64,000 nt of DNA. It comes from Anthoceros angustus. Lineage: Eukaryota > Plantae > Anthocerotophyta. The position numbers and the translations under genes are program-made. Under the pieces are notes generated by a model. The model ran no database searches. It had not been told where the DNA came from and saw only the letters and a list, made by a program, of their open reading frames with translations. Below, piece by piece: positions 58,531-64,000 of the stretch; positions within the stretch are counted from its first letter, which is position 1, and each line of letters begins with the position of its first letter. The stretch is from NCBI GenBank assembly GCA_010909165.1, contig VJWM01000126.1, positions 310,001 through 374,000 of the forward strand, read 5' to 3'.

Positions 58531-61487
58531 CTACGACCCCATTTCGACGTCATGGGGCACACCTCTCTCCTCAGCCGGGGCCTGGGGTGTGACGTCCGAG
58601 CTCTCTACCTTGCCAGAATTTTGAACCGTGGGGCTCTTTGCATTTGGCATGGAGTCTCCGTCTCCACTGGACCTTGGAGTTGGATCCGAAGGTTGGATTT
58701 CGATGTCCGGGTATGCTGCCCTGAATCGAGTCCTTAGACCTTCATCAACCAGCCGCACCCCGTTCAGTTGGTTACCTAATGATATCCATCTGCACCCATC
58801 AACACAGCTTAGAAGGTTTTAGGGTCCATGAACTTGGTAACCTAGACGAACTACTTAGCGGCACAGTCAGGTTCAGAGCATATACCCTGCGTGCGTGTTA
58901 TGCATCCGTGCAAAAAGTTCTAACTTCCTTGTTCGAGGGCTTATCCTTTCCAGCAACGGGTACATCTGAAGATGAACAACGACACTTAGTACGGTCGTCC
59001 TGCGCAGCTGTCCCATATACAAGTACACCAGTCGATCGCTAAAGTCACGTTACCTCATCTGGCTTGCGACTTGTTTCACGAACTTCAGCAACTATGACAT
59101 CTGTGTCAATATTGCGATTCACTTCTGGCTGGCCCTTGATACCAACAAGGCAGTGCTCCTTGCTGTGGTTCAGCCAGTGGCCAGTGCGACCGGTCCTGAT
59201 TATTCTCTGTAGCTGATTCGTCTTCACCCAGATGATCTCTTCCACTCGGCGGTACCCCCATAATTCCAAGCTGCACAATCGAAAACCCCAGGCATGACAA
59301 AATGAATCCCAAGAGACCACAAAATGGTGACGATATTGAACTTCTCGCTTGCCACACACACATACCATTCTCTTCCAAGCTCCATCGCTCGTCCAGTCAC
59401 CCAAAGAAAAATGAGGCCATCGGTTTGCAGAGCTGGTACATTCAGATTCCGCATCTCCTCATCTCCCATAGTCCCATATGGGAGTTCCATATGGATATCC
59501 CATGGTGGGTCTGCCATAATCACCCCAAAATGTCCCAGGACATCCATACGGAAGGTTCGAATGTCACAGTTTATCCACTGAGGCTCGCCCAGCTCTGCAT
59601 CTGAGCAATAATGGGCACGCTGTGGTCTTGACATAGGCCTAGGAGGAGGAGGGAGTCCAGGGGCGCCCAACATCATGGTTGGAATATCAGGCACAGGATC
59701 AAGCTCATAGTGCACATACTTGCAAGTCTGCATAGTAAGAGAGTGAAAACCATCAGCTATCTCCACTCCATTTCTAACAGTTGACACCAAAGAAATTGGT
59801 CGATAGGGGTGCCTACCTTCATATGTCGGCATGTGTCCAAAAATGAGCAGTCTCCTAAATTGATCTCAGTATGCGGAGCCATTATCCTTCTAAAATGAAC
59901 CTGCAAAGAAGCCAGACAATGATAAACACAAGCTACCCACGGTCAGTCTGGAGGGCAAAACTTCACACACTTCCAGTGAAACATATGATATGCTAAACTG
60001 ATTAAACACCTTCTCACAGGCCATATATGACCCTCGCTGTCGACGACAGTCCTCTTTAGTTAAATATGGGCAGTATTCCTTAACAGCTGAAGGCCCCACT
60101 GTCTTGAACTGCATCCAAAATTCACAAGGTTTATTTCCTTTCCTTTGACGTAGACCTGAAGACAACATAGTTAACCACCAAATGCTTCACCTACCTTTGC
60201 TGCAGCAGCCGTTTCTTTTGCAGTGGGTTTATGTAGAAGCTCCAAAAGCTCCTCCCCTGTTTTTGATTGCTGCAATTCTTTGTAAGACTTCTTGCTCAGA
60301 ATACTATCTAGGTCCTTAATCTCATCTTCTTCGGCGCTTCTCAATTTTGCATTTGCATATGGAGGGCCAGGTCCTAAGGGCCTCTGAAACGGAGGCATGC
60401 CACCAAAGCCTAAACCTAATCCTGGCACTCCAGGACCTGCCATTCCCATCATCCCCATTGCACGAGGTCGAGGGGCCATCATAGGAGGACCACCAGGATA
60501 CATGGGTGGTCCTGGCATTGGTGGACCGCCCTGAAGATGAGGTTCCCCTCCACACCACATGTCTTGTCTCGGTGGACCTGGGCCCATTCCCATGATGCCC
60601 CCGTTTGGCTCCATCCCCATGACAACGCCCATAAGATGAGGACTTCCACCACCCGGGTCCACTCCCATACGGGGATGGGGAGCCGGTGGTGGCAACTCCT
60701 TCATCAGCCGAGCTCTGTCAACGCTCAGAACCATAAGCCTACGTAGCTTCCCACCCACAAAGTATTCCTCCACCTCCACTGCAGGATTAGGGCCACCAGC
60801 GAGAGCTGACAATGCTGCTTCGACAGCTGCAACGCCACCCCCCTCACCTCCCAACTCATTCAACGCATCCCTCTCCTCACCAGAGGGATTCTTAGCCAAC
60901 CGACGATGCAAACCACTAGAATCAGTGGGAATAGTAACCATGGCCGACATCAAGCAGGCTGCAACCATCTGCTTCACAAACCCTAAAGCTCCAACGGGGC
61001 CCCTCCTAAACCCTTCCCCTCCGCCATCCCCCATCCAACCATCCCCACCTCTATGGTGATCCATCTCCCCATTCGAACCCCAATGCAGCCTGCCCTCAGC
61101 ACCTCCATTCGCAAACCCTCGACCGCCAATCCCTCCATATTCCGCACCCTTGTACCCTCCCCCATAAAATCCTCCTCTCTGCTCAGCTCTAGGTCGGTGC
61201 ACCCCCTCCCCACCCCGCTGATCTCCCCGAACCTGCCTGTCCCCAGATCTGTCCCGCCCTCTGAGCTCCAATCCCCCAACAGTTGAAGCCACTTTTAACG
61301 AGAGCTCCAAGGAAGTAACAAGATCAGGCACAAGCGTGCGCAGACTGTCCATCAGCTCCTCCTGGTTCCTGCTATGCTGCTGCCCCTTAATCTTTTCAGT
61401 GAGCTGCCGCCGGTGCTCTCTCACCATCATAATTTCATCTTGGCCCTCCATATGATGATGCGCCTCCACGTGATGATGCCCCTCCAT
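58531..61487 (-). CDS. MTA: mRNA N6-adenosine methyltransferase catalytic subunit (METTL3/MT-A70)
   Basis: [69 protein letters not shown] fingers, multiple GT-AG introns. Confidence 0.97.
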
Positions 61488-62119
61488 CCTTCCCTCCTTC
61501 CTTTCCTTCCCTCCTTCCTCTCCTCCCCTCCTTCCCTCCCCGAAAGCCTGCTGCAACAGACACAGCTACACAGCCAAACAATACCCTGGCCGTGTCATGA
61601 ATCTAACCTCCACGTTACCGGGCCCTGCAATTCCTCCCGCCCCCCGGGACCCCTCCCCACCACGCTCCTCTCCCTCTTGCCACGCATTTTCCGAAATTGG
61701 AACCAACCCAACCAGAATCCAACATCCTTCATCATCGTCTCATCAGAAGTCTGCACTGCCCCGCCACCGCGAATCCGAGAGCCTGAATGTCCGTACAGAA
61801 ACCTTACTTGCTGCCGGATCCAACCACTCTCGCCTCAAGCCACCCAGAACGTGCGCCAGACAAGGCCAGTCCTGCTCCACGCACCCTGCTTCAAACAGCG
61901 GGCAAGCGAACCTTTCCCCCGCTTTCTGCTCGTCAGTGGAACAGGCTCCGGTAAGCGGAAAACAGACGGCGTCTCATCATCCGTAGACGCCGGCAGACTT
62001 TGGGTAATTACAAATTTGGGAACCTTTCCAAGACTTCCCACAAGTTTGTAAGGGTTCCTCATTAAACGGTGGAATACGAGCGTTGTTTTCTACAATCTAG
62101 CTAAGCTCTTGCTGTCGCC

Positions 62120-63712
62120 ATGGTGCTTAGCCGGCGGAAGCTGCGAGCTAAGAAACTGGCGGCGGCTGTGCTGGAAGGTGAGCTCGGGTCGGACGCCGGC
62201 CAAGGGAAGACGGTTCGAGCGGAGGCGGAGTCCGAACTTGAGGGGAAGGGGGGGAAGAAGAGGAGGAGGAAAGACGTGAACGGGAGGGAACAGGAGAACG
62301 GAACGGAGAAGGTGGAAGCGGCGGTGGAAGATGACCTCGAGGCAAGGAGATTGAGGAAGAAGGAGAAGAGAGCTAATCGGAGGAAAGGGGAGGAGGGAAA
62401 GCCTGCGGATGGGGGTGTAGGAGAGGTAGAAGTAGATGACCTAGAGGCGAGGAGATTGAACAAAAAGAAGAAAACGACTAGTAAGAGGACCTTGGAGGAG
62501 GGCAAGCCTGCGGTTGGCGGTGTAGCAGAGGTAGAAGGAGATGACCTAGAGGCGAGGAGATTGAAGAAAAAGGAGAAGAGAGCTAATAGGAGGAGCTTGG
62601 AGGAGGGCAAGCCTGCGGATGGCGGTGTAGCAGAGGCAGAAGGAGATGACCTGGAGGCGAGGAGATCGAAGAAAAAGGAGAAGAGAGCTAATAGGAGGAG
62701 CTTGGAGGAGGGCAAGCCTGCGGATGGCGGTTCAGGAGAAGTAGAAGGAGATGACCTAGAGGTGAGGAGATTGATGAAAAAGGAGAAGAGGGCTAATAGG
62801 AGGAGCTTGGAGGAGGGCAAGCCTGCGGATGGCGCTGTAGGAGAGGTAGAAGGAGATGACCTAGAGGCGAGGAGATTGAAGAAAAAGGAGAAGAGGGCTA
62901 GTAGGAGGATCTTGGAGAAGGGCGAGCCCGCGGGAGGCGGTGTAGGGGAGGGAGGGGAAGAGGGAGACCGTGCTGCAGGGAATGGCGAGGTGAAGGAGAC
63001 AGTAGAGGATGAGGACAGGACAAAGAAGGAGAAGACGAAGAAGAAAAAGAAACAGAAGAGTGGAGTGAATAGATGGGGTGAGAAGGAGGTAGAGAATGTT
63101 GAAGATGAGGAGCAGGAGCAGGCGGTGGAGAAATCAGGTGGGGAGGATGTGGAGGGAGGATACGAGAAAAGGAAGGTTCTGGTGGGAGGGATGCCCTACT
63201 CTGTGAGCGAGGATGACATTGTCGACTACTTCGGGGCATGTGGTCGCGTTGCGGAGTTAGATTGCGTCTTGTTTCCGGATACTGGCAAGTTTCGGGGGCT
63301 GGCTTTCATCACGTTTGAGACGGAGGCCGGGGCGAGGGCGGCTCTGGAGCTGGATGGAGCTGATATGGGGGGGAGGTACCTCAAGATTCAGCGCTCCAAG
63401 GTGAAGGAGGCTAAGGCGGAAAAGCCTCGATTTGAGAAGCCTCCGCAGAAGCATGAAGGCTGCACTTCGGCGTACATAGGGAACCTGGCCTGGGACGTGA
63501 CCGAAGAGGAGTTGAGGGACTTTTTTAAGAAGTGCAAGATTACAGGGATGCGATTTGCACACGACAAGAATACAGGAGAGTTCAAGGGCTTCGGTCATGT
63601 GGATTTTGCGGATGACAGGTCCTTGGAGACTGCCATTGCCTTGGACCAGCAGTTGGTCCATGGGAGGCCAATTAAGATTTCCTATGCTGTTCCACACAGG
63701 CGAGGCAACTAA
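62120..63712 (+). CDS. Two-RRM nucleolin/PHIP1-like protein with six 35-aa N-terminal repeats
   Basis: MVLSRRKLR N-terminus as in PHIP1-like proteins. RRM1 LVGGMPY..RGLAFITF and RRM2 AYIGNLAW..KGFGHVDF. 105-bp repeat at ~62325-62955. Further 3' exons may exist. Confidence 0.85.
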   Translation: MVLSRRKLRAKKLAAAVLEGELGSDAGQGKTVRAEAESELEGKGGKKRRRKDVNGREQENGTEKVEAAVEDDLEARRLRKKEKRANRRKGEEGKPADGGVGEVEVDDLEARRLNKKKKTTSKRTLEEGKPAVGGVAEVEGDDLEARRLKKKEKRANRRSLEEGKPADGGVAEAEGDDLEARRSKKKEKRANRRSLEEGKPADGGSGEVEGDDLEVRRLMKKEKRANRRSLEEGKPADGAVGEVEGDDLEARRLKKKEKRASRRILEKGEPAGGGVGEGGEEGDRAAGNGEVKETVEDEDRTKKEKTKKKKKQKSGVNRWGEKEVENVEDEEQEQAVEKSGGEDVEGGYEKRKVLVGGMPYSVSEDDIVDYFGACGRVAELDCVLFPDTGKFRGLAFITFETEAGARAALELDGADMGGRYLKIQRSKVKEAKAEKPRFEKPPQKHEGCTSAYIGNLAWDVTEEELRDFFKKCKITGMRFAHDKNTGEFKGFGHVDFADDRSLETAIALDQQLVHGRPIKISYAVPHRRGN

Positions 63713-64000
63713 GGCTGATAACCTTGAGTTTTTTCTTTCCTTGTTTCTTAAGAGTGTTGTGATCGTCAGGTCAAAGTGGCACAGGCAATATGTGCTCACC
63801 GGCTCATCTTGTAGAGTTTGTGCTCCAACTTGAGTAGTTCTGGACATTAGCAAAGTTGTAAGCAAAACAGGAGCTAGTCCGTACGCTACTGAAAGGAAAA
63901 GAGGAGAAAGGGCTCTGCGGATTTTCAAGGACAATTTCCCAAGCTATGAAATGCGTGGACGGTTTCCGTCAGCGACCTGTAGAAGACACCTCCCGTTCGT

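Noticed and set aside
60330-60700. Gly/Met/Pro-rich low-complexity region in MTA
   Set aside because: Comparable regions are usual in plant MTA proteins, so this is not unusual.

Overview
Gene-dense, intron-containing plant nuclear DNA. Short (~100 nt) GT-AG introns, ~50% GC genes and two DYW:KP-type PPR genes point to a seed-free land plant, most likely a hornwort (inference). The left (1-17.9 kb) and right (47.4-64 kb) flanks hold mostly intact genes: a DEDDy exonuclease-SF1 helicase fusion, a PLS-DYW:KP PPR, a TDP2-like nuclease, UBP3/4, two tandem WAK-like kinases, plastid RRF, RPL35A, a secreted alpha-carbonic anhydrase, a repeat-containing F-box, the m6A writer MTA and a PHIP1-like RRM protein. 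The centre (17.87-47.17 kb) is a ~29 kb interrupted palindrome. Its arms carry inverted copies of a class III peroxidase and an orphan 4-TM gene. It is filled with retroelement debris, SAWADEE and TFIIB fragments and a second DYW:KP (GRP) PPR. Best leads: (i) an OSB-type ssDNA-binding PDF motif fused to candidate U-to-C RNA editors, (ii) the exonuclease-helicase fusion, (iii) the palindrome, which appears to separate a kinase gene from its upstream region. Exon boundaries were read by eye. Many frameshifts between 17.7 and 29.3 kb are homopolymer deletions and may be long-read assembly errors.
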